From Lachnospiraceae bacterium (GTDB taxonomy: Bacteria; Bacillota; Clostridia; Lachnospirales; Lachnospiraceae): DNA of 64,000 nt. The notes beneath the pieces are model-generated. The model searched no databases, was not told the DNA's origin, and was given only the letters and a program-made list of their open reading frames with translations. This document shows positions 8,231 through 18,523 of this stretch, piece after piece. Each line of letters opens with the position of its first letter. Within the stretch, counting starts at the first letter, position 1. Location: assembly GCA_017400305.1 (NCBI GenBank), contig JAFPTK010000003.1, positions 2,724-66,723 on the forward strand, written 5' to 3'. The position numbers and the translations under genes were made by a program.

Positions 8231-11200
8231 TCACATCTGATCCATCACCGTCACGGTGTACTCCCCGCCCCTGCAGAGCATGCAGGGCGTCACTCTGACA
8301 TCGTCCAGATCCATCTCATGGGTCCCGGTATCGTCCGTATAGCGGGCGATCATCACCGAACGCCTAACGATCGCCTTGGATTTGAGGGAGGAGAGGCGCA
8401 TGAGCAGCTGCGTCCTGCCGGGCAGTACGCCGATCCGCCAGCCTCTCCCGGTGCCGTATCCCAGGGGGTTCAAATAATCATCCAGGCAGGCGCGCATCTC
8501 GTCCCGGATCTCAAAGCTGTGATCGATATCCAGCACCTTGACCCAGACGCTGACCGAGATCTCCACGAAGATCGGCTCCACGATCTTAAGACGCTCCGGA
8601 AGGATCGTGAGCTCGCACTGCTTTAACAGGTACTGCCGGAGTCCTCCCACGATCCGGTGGAAGGCGTAGGAGCCGTCCGCGTAATCCTTCATCAGGAGGA
8701 CAAAGGTCACCTCGTCCTCCGCGTTCCCCGTGGCGGTCCCCTCCACGAGGCCTGCCACCTGGTCGATCGTATCGGAATAGGCCATCACGGCGCGGCAGTA
8801 ATCTCTGATCGTCACCAGTCTCCCCCGGCTGGACAGGATGCTGGCACCCCGCTCCAGTGCGGAATCGACCGATTCGATGTTGCTGCCGCCGTATGCCTTG
8901 ACCGGATTGGAGACCCGGTCGATATACAGGAAATTCCCGGTCAGCGAATTGATCGTCTCCGCCGGCACATTTCCCGCTTCCCCGTTGCAGCAGCGGACCA
9001 TAATGGTGAAGGCGGTGTCGTCCAGCACCCGCGGGAGCCAGGTCTTCACGCCGTCGCCGAAGACGATCTGTCCCGTCATCCGATCCAGCCGATAGCTGCG
9101 GGGATCCTCCGCGGTCTCCAGCCGGGATACCTCATGCCAGCGGACGTAGAAGGCCGAGATCGCGCCAGTGATATCATACTCCGCCCGGGTGTCATCCGGC
9201 CGGTCTGCCAGCATGGCCTTCATCTGTTCTCTCGGCCAGCGCCCCATCTCGTTCACCCAGACATCCGCATCGAGGATATTGAAGACGCCGATGGCAAACC
9301 GCATCCCCGGCCGGATCTCCTCCACGTAGAAGGACTGCGTCGGCCGGGTGTCGATATTGGACACCTGCACCGCGTTCAGGTCGATCCCCATGATCCGGGG
9401 CAATCCCTTGTCCGCATCGGCGCGCGGGCTTCCCGGGGCACGCCTGACACGGATCCAGCAGAGTCTCTTCCCCTCCTGCACCGTACGGGCCATATCCGAG
9501 GGCGGCAGGAACATCACCACGCCGGAGCGGGTGAAATCCCTGGTGTGATCCAGCACCTTGAGAGGCTCAAAGCCCTCGCGGCTCGCGTACTCGAATACAC
9601 ACGGCACCTCCGCGGACCGCGCGCCGTCTTCGATCCGGAACAGGATGCTGATGGGTCCCGCGGTCATCCGGTCGGAAAAGCCCAGATAGAGGGCGTCCTC
9701 CTGGTAAGCCCCGGGCTCAAACAGGGAAAAGCCCTTTCCCGCCTTCATGAGGGTGGTCAGATCCCGGCGGTTCGTGCCGAAGACGCCCTCCATCCGGAGC
9801 GGATCCACGTAGCTCTCCTCGTAGCTGTAGGAGATGCTCAGCCCGTCGATCACCGGATAGTGGTGGATCGCGGGACGATAGTAGCAGTTGTCGGCCCGGA
9901 GGATCTGGAGCCTGAGGCACCTTCCCTCATACGCCCCCGCGGCGATCTGTTCCCAGTCATCCGGGCAACGGAAGCGGATCTCCAGTTCCCTCACTTCCGG
10001 CCTGGCAAAGAGCATGGTCTCCCCGGAGAATTCGGGGATGCGCTTCCAGCCCGTCCCGTTGTAATACTCGATCATGACCTCATCGGCGCAGCACTCCGCC
10101 GGAGAGTCCGTCTTTTCCGCCCGGGGTTTGCGCTTGATCACCTTTAAGCTGTTGTCGATGGTCTCCTGCGAGACGCCGATGGGATGCTCCCCGTAGGAGA
10201 TCCGGAAGCGCAGCGTGATCTCCGATCCCGCCATCCGGAAATAGTCGTCGTGCCCGATGAAGCACTCCTGGAACAGGGAAAGGGTGTCCCCAAAGGGCTG
10301 GAAGTGACCGACCTCGCAGTCTCTGCGGCCGTCGCTCACATGCTGCGCCGGGGTGGCATCGCCGTGGGAAGCGAACCGCACGCTCTCCACCGGAACGGTC
10401 TGATGCACCGGCTCCGTCGCCGTCAGGAGCAGGGCACGGCAGCTCTTCTCACCGATCCGGTATCGCGCCGCCTCCCCGGGGATCGTGATGGACAGGATGC
10501 GGATCTCCGGATCCCCGTCCTCCGTGATCTCCTCACAGGATGACACCGGGATCAGCGCATCGTCCCGATCGCAGATTTCGAACCGATATCTGCCGGCCAG
10601 GATGTCATCGGCGAGCCTCCCGCCGCCCGCGATCCGCACATGGACGCTCTCTCCCGCGCCGTCGAAGACCGCATCGTGGTAAAAGACCACCGCGTACTGC
10701 TCGATCCCCTCCTTCTCACCGAAGAGTCTGAACGGCCGGATCTGCGGCGTCTCTTCCTCCTCTGAGATCGCTTCCTCCGGGATCACCGTTTCGATGATCT
10801 CCTCCTCCGATTCCTCCCTGGGATACGCCACCGGCGGCACCTTGACGAAATCGCCCAGGATGGGTGCGATCACGCCGGTCTCCCCGTCGGTCATGTAGGC
10901 AGCCGACAGCTCCACCCCCGTCACGTAGATCGAGTGATCCGCCTCAAAGACGATGGGCTCTGTGTCCGTCTCGGCGAGCAGACGGGTCCCCTTGGGGATA
11001 TCCGTCCCGGGCACCCCGACGTCCGCGAGGTTGAACACCACGATGCTGCTCGCCGGTCTGGCGGGCAGGAGCGAGATGTCGAGCATGTTGACAAATTCCG
11101 TATGATAGCGGTCAACGACATCCCCCATCCGGTCAATATTCTCCTTCATCAGACCGGAGAAGATCCGCGCCAGGGCATATCCGATATCGGGATTCTCCTC

Positions 11201-11311
11201 ATCCATCTGCCATCCGGTCCCGTAGGAATCCGACAGCTCCCGGATGCGTTCCTCGATATCCGCCTGTGTCCGTTCGTCAATCGTCAGTTTCTTCCAGTGA
11301 TTCCGGTTCAA
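8231..11311 (-). CDS. CIS baseplate J-like wedge protein (large, 1026 aa)
   Basis: TTG start with GGAGG RBS; PDIGYALARIF...PARPA; IVFGDG, GEAGNV, GGSNIES, RLVTIRDY motifs. Confidence 0.9.
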   Translation of the reverse strand: MNRNHWKKLTIDERTQADIEERIRELSDSYGTGWQMDEENPDIGYALARIFSGLMKENIDRMGDVVDRYHTEFVNMLDISLLPARPASSIVVFNLADVGVPGTDIPKGTRLLAETDTEPIVFEADHSIYVTGVELSAAYMTDGETGVIAPILGDFVKVPPVAYPREESEEEIIETVIPEEAISEEEETPQIRPFRLFGEKEGIEQYAVVFYHDAVFDGAGESVHVRIAGGGRLADDILAGRYRFEICDRDDALIPVSSCEEITEDGDPEIRILSITIPGEAARYRIGEKSCRALLLTATEPVHQTVPVESVRFASHGDATPAQHVSDGRRDCEVGHFQPFGDTLSLFQECFIGHDDYFRMAGSEITLRFRISYGEHPIGVSQETIDNSLKVIKRKPRAEKTDSPAECCADEVMIEYYNGTGWKRIPEFSGETMLFARPEVRELEIRFRCPDDWEQIAAGAYEGRCLRLQILRADNCYYRPAIHHYPVIDGLSISYSYEESYVDPLRMEGVFGTNRRDLTTLMKAGKGFSLFEPGAYQEDALYLGFSDRMTAGPISILFRIEDGARSAEVPCVFEYASREGFEPLKVLDHTRDFTRSGVVMFLPPSDMARTVQEGKRLCWIRVRRAPGSPRADADKGLPRIMGIDLNAVQVSNIDTRPTQSFYVEEIRPGMRFAIGVFNILDADVWVNEMGRWPREQMKAMLADRPDDTRAEYDITGAISAFYVRWHEVSRLETAEDPRSYRLDRMTGQIVFGDGVKTWLPRVLDDTAFTIMVRCCNGEAGNVPAETINSLTGNFLYIDRVSNPVKAYGGSNIESVDSALERGASILSSRGRLVTIRDYCRAVMAYSDTIDQVAGLVEGTATGNAEDEVTFVLLMKDYADGSYAFHRIVGGLRQYLLKQCELTILPERLKIVEPIFVEISVSVWVKVLDIDHSFEIRDEMRACLDDYLNPLGYGTGRGWRIGVLPGRTQLLMRLSSLKSKAIVRRSVMIARYTDDTGTHEMDLDDVRVTPCMLCRGGEYTVTVMDQM

Positions 11312-11744
11312 AAACTTCCTCCTCCGTTTCGGTGTTTTCCGGTTCTCCCTGCAGATAGAACGGGAAGACGAAATTATCCCGCACGTTGCTGTTCCTCACG
11401 GTGTAATCGATGCGGAACAGGAGCATGCCGCTGCCGCCCTCCTCCGCGGAGATCTCCACGGAACCCACGCGCGGCTCCTGCATCAGGATCTGTTCCTTCA
11501 GTGTGCGGATCGCCATATTGAGCACCGTGTGATTCATCTCCATAAAGGTGAACCCCATCAGATTGGTCCCGAATTCCGGCCGCATGGGACGCTCGGTCAG
11601 CTGTGTCATGAGGATCAGCCATACCGCCTGTCTCACACTCTCCCTTCCGGAGACAGTCTGCAGCCGCCCCGTCGCACGGTCGATGGCGGGAGGGAACTGC
11701 ATCCCCGTTCCGAGGAATTCCAGTTCGTTGTCTGTCTCCTGCAT
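11277..11744 (-). CDS. gp25/GPW-like sheath initiator (Afp9/Pvc9-type)
   Basis: FLGTGMQFPP...ILMTQLTERPMRPEFG...EPRV...NFVFPFYL. Confidence 0.93.
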   Translation of the reverse strand: MQETDNELEFLGTGMQFPPAIDRATGRLQTVSGRESVRQAVWLILMTQLTERPMRPEFGTNLMGFTFMEMNHTVLNMAIRTLKEQILMQEPRVGSVEISAEEGGSGMLLFRIDYTVRNSNVRDNFVFPFYLQGEPENTETEEEVFEPESLEETDD

Positions 11745-11796
11745 CCTGCGCCTCTCCTTTCGTCTGTCCTGTCTCTCCGGTTCCCGATGCCCGGCA

Positions 11797-12609
11797 TCAG
11801 CCGAGCATGACGGGCTTGCCCTTCACCATCACGGATCCTGCGGCTGTCACATCGATCTTGCCGCTGCCGTTTACGGTGACCGCGGAGCCCTCCAGCCTGG
11901 CATTGCCCTCGGCCTTCATGTTGATCGCCCCCTCGGTCTGCAGGGAGAGCTGTTTCGCGTTGATCGTGATCTTGCCGTCGTTCATCGCCACCGAGATGTC
12001 ATCTCCCACATTGATCAGGAGCTTTTTCTCCGCCTTGACCGAGATCACGCCCTTGTCGGATTTCATCTCCACCAGGCACTTGCCCTCGGCGTCCGAGAGG
12101 GTGATGGTCTTCTTCTTGTTATCCAGCCGGATGTAATGCGACTTGTCTTCGCCCGCGGTCCTCAGCTCCATGGAGTCCTGCGCGCCCTCTCCCTCCTTCT
12201 CGTCCAGGATCGAGATCATGTTGCCATTTCGCGTGATGATCCTCTTATTCCGGTTGTTCTCGTCCTTGGACTTCTTTAAGAAGCTGTCGCCCGCCTTGGG
12301 GATACAGCCGATCACAAAGGGCTTCTCGATGTTGCCCTCCTCAAAGATCACCAACACCTCATCCCCGACCTCCGGCAGGAAGTAGAAGCCGTATTCCGTT
12401 CCCAGATAGGGCATGGCCACTCTGGCCCACCGGATGATATTGGACTCCTCGTCGCGCGTGTGGATCATCACGCAGATCCGTCCGCCCATTTCGGAGGAGT
12501 AATTCTGCGTCACCTGTCCCACGAGTACGCCGAAGATCCGGTTGTCCCCGGTGTCGGTCTTGGTGACCTGTCTGTTCGCTATGTCATCGATGATATCGTA
12601 AAAGCCCAT
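11797..12609 (-). CDS. Spike protein, gp5/baseplate assembly V OB-fold plus beta-helix (VgrG C-terminal half)
   Basis: WARVAMPYLG..YGFYFLPEVGDEVLVIFEEGNIEKPFVIG followed by beta-strand repeats. Confidence 0.93.
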   Translation of the reverse strand: MGFYDIIDDIANRQVTKTDTGDNRIFGVLVGQVTQNYSSEMGGRICVMIHTRDEESNIIRWARVAMPYLGTEYGFYFLPEVGDEVLVIFEEGNIEKPFVIGCIPKAGDSFLKKSKDENNRNKRIITRNGNMISILDEKEGEGAQDSMELRTAGEDKSHYIRLDNKKKTITLSDAEGKCLVEMKSDKGVISVKAEKKLLINVGDDISVAMNDGKITINAKQLSLQTEGAINMKAEGNARLEGSAVTVNGSGKIDVTAAGSVMVKGKPVMLG

Positions 12610-12626
12610 CTCTTCCTCCGAGGCGC

Positions 12627-13772
12627 TTATTCCAGCTTGGCCGCACGGCCGGTGATCTGGGTCCGGAAGCCTCTGTCGTCGGTCATCAGATGCCGTACGC
12701 CCACCAGATACCAGGTGTTGGATACGGCGGTGCCAAAGCCGGTCAGGGTGATGAATTTCCCGGGGATCAGCTCCGGCAGTCCCGTGATCTCCGCCCGCAG
12801 GGTGCCGTACCGGTAGCTGATGTCATCCATGTGGAACGACGCGCGGCACTCCGCCTCCTGCTTGGAGTGCACCGTGGGATCGACCACCACCTTTTCCGAC
12901 CCCTCCAACAGATCCTTCGTCCGGGACGCGGTGGAGATCTTGTTGGAGACCCTCTTGCGTGCGTAGATCATCCGTCCGGTCTCGATATCCGTGGCGCGGA
13001 CCTCCACCGAGTTGGCCAGTCCCGTGATGTCATATTCCACATCGAGGGACAGGAACAGATCCGCCGGTGTGAATTCAAAGAGCTTGCTCACGTCGCTCCT
13101 GGCCGCGCGGAAGATCACCTGTCCGCCGATGACGTAGAACTCATAATTAAATTTCTTGGCCGCCCGCACCACAAATTCATAGTCGCTCTCCGAGATCATC
13201 TCGATGGTGACGTCGGCGTTGTCCGCCTCGGAGCCGATGAACTCCTCGTCGGGGGTCTTGCTGACGGACAGCTCCCGGATGATCTCCCCGCTCTGCATAT
13301 TCTGATAGACGCTGCGGTCAAAGATCTCCCGGACGGCCTTTCCCCAGGTATTCGCCTTGAGCTGCCTGTTGGAGCGGTTGGCCATCATCATCCCCTTCAC
13401 ATCATAGGCCGTCACCCGGATCCCGGGCATCTCTCCCGGCCGGTAGAGGAAGTTCACCCGGGCGATGAAGCCCCGGAACACCTCTCTGGCTTTGGTCCCG
13501 TAGCCGAGATAGACCCGGACGGCCGACCCCAGCAGGATGTATTGGGACACCTTATCAAAGAGGAATTCGGACCGGATCTCGTCATACACATTGTAGAAGA
13601 CCCAGGTCGCCATGGAGGCCTCAAAGCCGCTGGTCAGATCGATCTCCAGGTCGGAGAGGGTGATGCCGTCCTTATTCTCCGAGAGCTTCTTGTCCCCGAC
13701 GATGATCTCGGCCAGGGCATACTTGAAGTTCCCGTAGTATTCCTTTTGTTCCGCGTAGCTGTAGGTCGCCAT
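12627..13772 (-). CDS. Baseplate hub, gp27/phage late control D-like (VgrG N-terminal half)
   Basis: ESDYEFVVRAAKKFNYEFY; GLPELIPGKFITLTGFG...WYLVGVRH...GFRTQI. Confidence 0.9.
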   Translation of the reverse strand: MATYSYAEQKEYYGNFKYALAEIIVGDKKLSENKDGITLSDLEIDLTSGFEASMATWVFYNVYDEIRSEFLFDKVSQYILLGSAVRVYLGYGTKAREVFRGFIARVNFLYRPGEMPGIRVTAYDVKGMMMANRSNRQLKANTWGKAVREIFDRSVYQNMQSGEIIRELSVSKTPDEEFIGSEADNADVTIEMISESDYEFVVRAAKKFNYEFYVIGGQVIFRAARSDVSKLFEFTPADLFLSLDVEYDITGLANSVEVRATDIETGRMIYARKRVSNKISTASRTKDLLEGSEKVVVDPTVHSKQEAECRASFHMDDISYRYGTLRAEITGLPELIPGKFITLTGFGTAVSNTWYLVGVRHLMTDDRGFRTQITGRAAKLE

Positions 13773-13776
13773 CGCA

Positions 13777-14679
13777 TCAGACTCCCATATTGAGGAGACC
13801 GGTCACGCCCTGTCCGACCCGCGTGGTATCCAACAGCCGGCTGCCTCCGAAGGCGCGCTCATACGCCTCCTCCCAGTAGCCCATATCGGTGGCCGTGACG
13901 CTCTCATCGCGGAGGTAGATCTGCAGATCCACCGTCGCCCGGACGGGACGTCCGTAGAGATCGAACATCGTATAATTCGCCACCACCTGTCGGAGGACCC
14001 CGGCGTACTCCATCGGGCCCCAGCAGAACTTCACCCCGCGGGTGTGGGGGTCCCTGAGCGCCGCGGTGAAGCCCTCCACCTCGGTCTGGAGCGGCACCCG
14101 GCTGCCGACGGCGATCTTCTTGTAGGCCTTCTTCAGGGCCGCTTTGGTCGCAACATCCAGATGGGTCATTGTGGTGTACCGGCTTCCCACGAAGGAATCC
14201 GTCGCACTCATCTGATCGAACAGGAGCTGCACACCCATCTCGACATGGAGCGGCACCGCTCCCTTGGTGATCTGATTCCTCCCGCCGGAGTAGTTGATCT
14301 TGGCGATGTTGGCGCCTCCCTCGTAGCTGTTGATCTTAAGCGAGGAGGGATTGAACTGCACCGTAAAGCTCTTGTCGTAAATGGGGCTCGACTGCGAAGC
14401 TGCCATGGCGGCCTCAAGCTTCTTCTTGTACTCCTCATATTCGGCGCCGCCGCCCTTTCTCGCCATCTCCTCGAGCTGCTTCTGCTGACCGGTGCGCGCG
14501 GCGAGGTCGGTGAGCTGGGAGAGCTTCCCGCTCTCTCCCTTCAGGATCTGATTGGCGCTCTTCGCGCTCACGGCGTCCTCGAGATTGAGGGACTCCTGAT
14601 AGGTACGGTCGTCGGCGATCAGGATCTTCGCCTTGGCCACCGTCCCCATTGCCTGTTTTAAACTGTCACTCAGTGCCAT
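13777..14679 (-). CDS. CIS tube initiator-like protein (Afp7/Pvc7 N-domain), copy 2
   Basis: VQFNPSSL...LLFD...VKFCWG...YTMFDLYGRPVRATVDL; no LysM seen. Confidence 0.82.
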   Translation of the reverse strand: MALSDSLKQAMGTVAKAKILIADDRTYQESLNLEDAVSAKSANQILKGESGKLSQLTDLAARTGQQKQLEEMARKGGGAEYEEYKKKLEAAMAASQSSPIYDKSFTVQFNPSSLKINSYEGGANIAKINYSGGRNQITKGAVPLHVEMGVQLLFDQMSATDSFVGSRYTTMTHLDVATKAALKKAYKKIAVGSRVPLQTEVEGFTAALRDPHTRGVKFCWGPMEYAGVLRQVVANYTMFDLYGRPVRATVDLQIYLRDESVTATDMGYWEEAYERAFGGSRLLDTTRVGQGVTGLLNMGV

Positions 14680-14703
14680 ACGTTTCTCCCCTTACTGTCC
14701 GCC

Positions 14704-15600
14704 TCAGCCGAACAGGTTTCCGAATTTCTCGGAGATCACATTGACGATATCCTCGGAAGCGTCGGTGTCTACGGAGAAGCCCGCCTCGCCGAAGGCCTCG
14801 TTGAAGGCGCTGTCCCAGTACTCCCGGTCGGAGAGATACTCCAGCGCGGAATCCGACTGCAGGATCTCCAGATTCACCTGCGCCCGGATGGGATTGCCCT
14901 TTTTGTTGAACATGGTGTAGTTCACATCCACCATGGAGAGCTCGCCGTGGAAGTACATGCTGCTCCAGTAGAAGACGACCTGCTTCGTCTCCTTGTAGAG
15001 TAAGAGCGACACTAACGCCTCCACCGGCTCCCGGACCGAGTAGTCTCCTCCCAGCAGATCCGCGGCTCCCGCCACCGCGTTACCCACCCCGAGGTCCAAG
15101 TTGGAGGAGATGAAGGCATCATACACATTGGTCTGGTCAAAGAGGAGCTGCACCTGCAGCACCGTCTCCGGCGCCCGCTCGATGGTGATCTGCTGCTGGA
15201 TGCTCTCGTCTCCGAGTCCCTGTCTCTGGTTAAAGGAGCCCGCGGAGGTGCGGAAGCGGAGCGACGACGGATTGTACTGCACCTTCATCGCGCGGAATTT
15301 CTGTGCCGCGAAGGCGTTGCGGATCTCATCCCCGGAGGCCTTTTTCTGCATGGCTGTCGTCGCGTCGGCGTTCATCACCTGTCCGACGGGCACGTCCTTG
15401 AGTGCTGCCGCGATGCCCTTGTTGGAGCTTCTCTGGGTGAGCTCCCGGAGTGCCTTGACGCTGGTGTTGACCTCATTCCTCGCCGCGTCGTCATAGTCCG
15501 CCTGCGTGTTCCGCTCTCTGACAAAGAGCAGCGCCTTGGGCACATTGCCGGCCATCGTATCCGCTTCGTCATATAATTGTTTCAGGGTATCCTCTATCAT
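14704..15600 (-). CDS. CIS tube initiator-like protein (Afp7/Pvc7 N-domain), copy 1
   Basis: VQYNPSSL...LLFD...VVFYWS...YTMFNKKGNPIRAQVNL; paralogous to 13777-14679. Confidence 0.82.
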   Translation of the reverse strand: MIEDTLKQLYDEADTMAGNVPKALLFVRERNTQADYDDAARNEVNTSVKALRELTQRSSNKGIAAALKDVPVGQVMNADATTAMQKKASGDEIRNAFAAQKFRAMKVQYNPSSLRFRTSAGSFNQRQGLGDESIQQQITIERAPETVLQVQLLFDQTNVYDAFISSNLDLGVGNAVAGAADLLGGDYSVREPVEALVSLLLYKETKQVVFYWSSMYFHGELSMVDVNYTMFNKKGNPIRAQVNLEILQSDSALEYLSDREYWDSAFNEAFGEAGFSVDTDASEDIVNVISEKFGNLFG

Positions 15601-15639
15601 CTGCCGATCCTCCGCCGTACCGCAAGCTGCCGCTTACTC

Positions 15640-17715
15640 TCACCAGCCTCTGCGCTTCCTCTCGTCCGAGAGCCTCCGCTCCAGACGGTTCATCACCTGA
15701 TCCGAGATCCGGTCAATGCTCTGATCGATCTCTCTGCCGATCCGGGCCTCCAGGTCCGGGACCGGTGTGCTGTGCTCCTCCTGTACCTTAAGCTGTCTGT
15801 TATCCACCTGCGTCACATGCCGTTCATTGTGCACGACGCGGGTTTCCACCTGCCGGTTGGTCTCCTCCAGGAGCCGGCGCTGCTCATTTAACTCCTCCAG
15901 CACCTCCTCGGTCACGAGGTTGCGGATCTCGCGATGGATCATGGAGAGCCTCTGCTCCGAACGCGTCTCCTGCCCGGGAGCGGCCGCGGCCTCTCTCTCC
16001 TTTAACAGCTCCTCCACCCGTTCGGTCACGCGCTCGGTCACGCGCTCGGTGTCCCGCCGCACTTCCTCTCTGGTGTGGATGATCCGCTCATTCTCCTCGA
16101 TCTCGCGGTTGAACTGCTCCACATCGGTCGCCTGGACCATCGGACTCTCCGCGAAGTGCTCCGGGGAACGGAGATATTCTCTGAGCAGTTCCTTGCCCTG
16201 TCCCCCGTCTGCGGGGATCATCTCGTCGATCACCCTGCGGAGCTCGACGGTGCGCGCTTCCTCCTCTTTCTTATCCCGCCGGACCTGATCCGCGTAAGCC
16301 GCGGGATGCAGCATGGCCTCCATGCTCTCCCGGTAGATCTGCTCTCTGTCCCTGACGGTCTCCACACGCGTGGGCCGGGCGATCACCTCGCGGATCCGGT
16401 CACGGAACCGCTCCTGCCGCAAGACATTCCTGCGGCTGATCTCACGCAGCTCCTCGCGGAAGGCTTCCTGTCTCTCTCTTAACCGCTCCTCCTCCCGCTC
16501 CCGGATGATCTGCTCCTGCTGCCAGGTCGTCTGCTCCGTCACGCGATCGCCCTCGTGCACGATCGTCTGATCCCCTTCGCGGGGATAGGTGCTTACCTGT
16601 GTCAGGTCCGTCCTCTGTGTCATCCCGGTGTTGTCGACGAGGATCCTGTCCCCCGCCCGGTCGACCCGCAGGAGATTCTGCACGGTGTCGCCGGCCCGGT
16701 AGACCGCTCCGGCAAGCTCCGTGGTATGGCCTGCGATACGGTCTCCCTCGCGGATGTTCGTCAGGTTCTCCTCCATGCGAAGGAGCGTCGTCTCGGCGCT
16801 TCGGTAGAGCGCCTGCTCAGTGTGCAGCCACGTATTCGCGACGTGATCATGGATCTCCTCCGCGCGCGATTCGTAGAGATCGCCGGCGATATTGAGGAGC
16901 ACGGCCGAGCTTAAGAGATTGGTGATGCTCTCCTGGGTGGTCTCGGTCTCCTCGCTGATATTCTCCTCGTAGGTATTCTCCCTCCGGTAGATCAACGGCA
17001 TGGATCGGGAGAGCAGCGTGTTCTCCGTCCGGTTTAAGAGGATCTGCGTCCCCAGGCGCTCCGACGGGGCAAGGGTAAGCTCCGCCGATTCCACGCGCTG
17101 TGCCGGTCCCTTCCCGGGAAGGAAGCGCTCTACGATCCGCGTGAGCTCGGCGGTCTGAAGGCGCTCTAAGATCCGCTCGTGGAGGCGCAACTCCCTCTCC
17201 TCCTCCCGGACGGTCTGCGTCCGGATCTCCCGCTCCCGCTCGGTCTGCCTCTCCTCACGGATCGACGCGATCTCCGACCGGTTCCTCTCATAGAACCGTA
17301 ACAGCTCCCTCGTGTCATGCGTCTGCTTCGTCAGCCGCCGGATCTCGCGCATGAAGCTCTTCTCATCCCGGATCCCCAGCTGGTGCAGCACCGTGGTGAT
17401 GAACGCGCGATCCTGATAGGTGTAGTGCGCATCGGCGGACACGGTCAGGCGGTTGATCAGGTTGTTGATGATCTCCATCCGCCGGCGGCTGTTGTAGGTG
17501 ATATTCCGCTCCTCCACCAGGTTGGTCACATTGCCCTCCACCAGATAGAGCTCCGGCGGGGTGGTGACCAGATGCAGCAGCTCCCCGGGGCGGATCCCGC
17601 TCCCGGTCACGTTGTAATTGCCGCGGATGCGTTCACCGAATCCCTCCCCGGCCGCGGTGAGCGAGATATTCGCCGTCACACGGATCGGCCCTTTGACCTT
17701 TAACAGTTCCCTCAC
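15640..17715 (-). CDS. Long E/R-rich helical protein, putative tape measure
   Basis: GTG start coupled to the upstream stop (TAGTG); coiled-coil composition; C-terminal IDRISDQVMNRLERRLSDERKRRG of the type seen in CIS loci; sits after the chaperone and tube genes. Confidence 0.6.
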   Translation of the reverse strand: MRELLKVKGPIRVTANISLTAAGEGFGERIRGNYNVTGSGIRPGELLHLVTTPPELYLVEGNVTNLVEERNITYNSRRRMEIINNLINRLTVSADAHYTYQDRAFITTVLHQLGIRDEKSFMREIRRLTKQTHDTRELLRFYERNRSEIASIREERQTEREREIRTQTVREEERELRLHERILERLQTAELTRIVERFLPGKGPAQRVESAELTLAPSERLGTQILLNRTENTLLSRSMPLIYRRENTYEENISEETETTQESITNLLSSAVLLNIAGDLYESRAEEIHDHVANTWLHTEQALYRSAETTLLRMEENLTNIREGDRIAGHTTELAGAVYRAGDTVQNLLRVDRAGDRILVDNTGMTQRTDLTQVSTYPREGDQTIVHEGDRVTEQTTWQQEQIIREREEERLRERQEAFREELREISRRNVLRQERFRDRIREVIARPTRVETVRDREQIYRESMEAMLHPAAYADQVRRDKKEEEARTVELRRVIDEMIPADGGQGKELLREYLRSPEHFAESPMVQATDVEQFNREIEENERIIHTREEVRRDTERVTERVTERVEELLKEREAAAAPGQETRSEQRLSMIHREIRNLVTEEVLEELNEQRRLLEETNRQVETRVVHNERHVTQVDNRQLKVQEEHSTPVPDLEARIGREIDQSIDRISDQVMNRLERRLSDERKRRGW

Positions 17716-18260
17716 TACTTACCAGCCTCCGAAGAGGAGATATTCGCGGAGCCATGGCTGAACATATGACGGTAGGCGATGGTGGTCGTCTCCGTCAACA
17801 GGCCGCTGCGCTCCGCGTCCAGCTCACCGAAATCCTTGGCGATGACCGTACAGCCCGTGAACAGGTACTGCCTGACGGCCCGGAAGGTGTGATTGGTCGT
17901 GCTGTAGGTCCCCACCGCAAGGTAGAGCGGCAGGAGCAGATCGATCCCGAGGCTCAGCGGATTCGTTCCCCCCGTCCCCACATAGGTCTCCACCTGGAGG
18001 GTGAAGGGCTTGCTGATGGGCTTGCGCAGCATGTGCACGTAATCGTTGACGCCGCCCTCCTGCAGATAGTCGTACTCGTTCTCCTTGCGGAAGGCCCGTA
18101 TCTTGCGGCACGGCACATCAAAGACCGCCTCCACGGTCAGCAGATAGCTGAAGCTCTCCACCGGATCGGCGCGGCTTAACTGCAGCAGATCCTGCGCGTC
18201 CTCAACGATCCCGTTGACGATATTCTTCCCCTCATCCTGTAAATCCGTCAGATTGGCCAT
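17715..18260 (-). CDS. Second tail tube-like protein (gp19 family, Afp5-type)
   Basis: DPVESFSY...YLQEGGVNDYVHML...GELDAERSGLLTETTTIAY. Confidence 0.82.
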   Translation of the reverse strand: MANLTDLQDEGKNIVNGIVEDAQDLLQLSRADPVESFSYLLTVEAVFDVPCRKIRAFRKENEYDYLQEGGVNDYVHMLRKPISKPFTLQVETYVGTGGTNPLSLGIDLLLPLYLAVGTYSTTNHTFRAVRQYLFTGCTVIAKDFGELDAERSGLLTETTTIAYRHMFSHGSANISSSEAGK

Positions 18261-18292
18261 CCCGTCTCTCCTGTACCGTCAGTGCAGCGGCT

Positions 18293-18517
18293 TTACGGCC
18301 GCATCCTGACGGGCTTCATATCCAGAATACTCTTTTCCCGCCTGTCTTCCGAGGGATTCAAGCTCTCATTGATCCGCGAGATCTCCCCGCACCAGCGTCT
18401 CCTCTCGTGATGCTCCATCTTGAGCACCTCCGATTCGCTCCAGTGGAAATAGTAGGAGACGAACGCCATCTCACGGTAGAGCTCCTGCTGCGGATAAAGC
18501 TCTATCCCTCTTCGGTA
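18293..18517 (-). CDS. DUF6760-like tail assembly chaperone extension (probable -1 frameshift partner; in-frame ATG at 18469 would give 58 aa)
   Basis: Missed by the ORF track. Frame reads YRRGIELYPQQELYREMAFVSYYFHWSESEVLKMEHHERRRWCGEISRIN..., stop TAA at 18295-18293. Confidence 0.8.
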   Translation of the reverse strand, partial: YRRGIELYPQQELYREMAFVSYYFHWSESEVLKMEHHERRRWCGEISRINESLNPSEDRREKSILDMKPVRMRP

Positions 18518-18523
18518 AAATTT
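18475..18523 (-). other. Putative -1 programmed ribosomal frameshift signal: slippery heptamer A_AAU_UUU plus downstream stem or pseudoknot
   Basis: AAATTTT at 18523-18517 is in X_XXY_YYZ register with the chaperone frame; 9 nt downstream lie GGATA/TATCC and TAGAGCT/AGCTCTA complementary segments. Confidence 0.72.
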
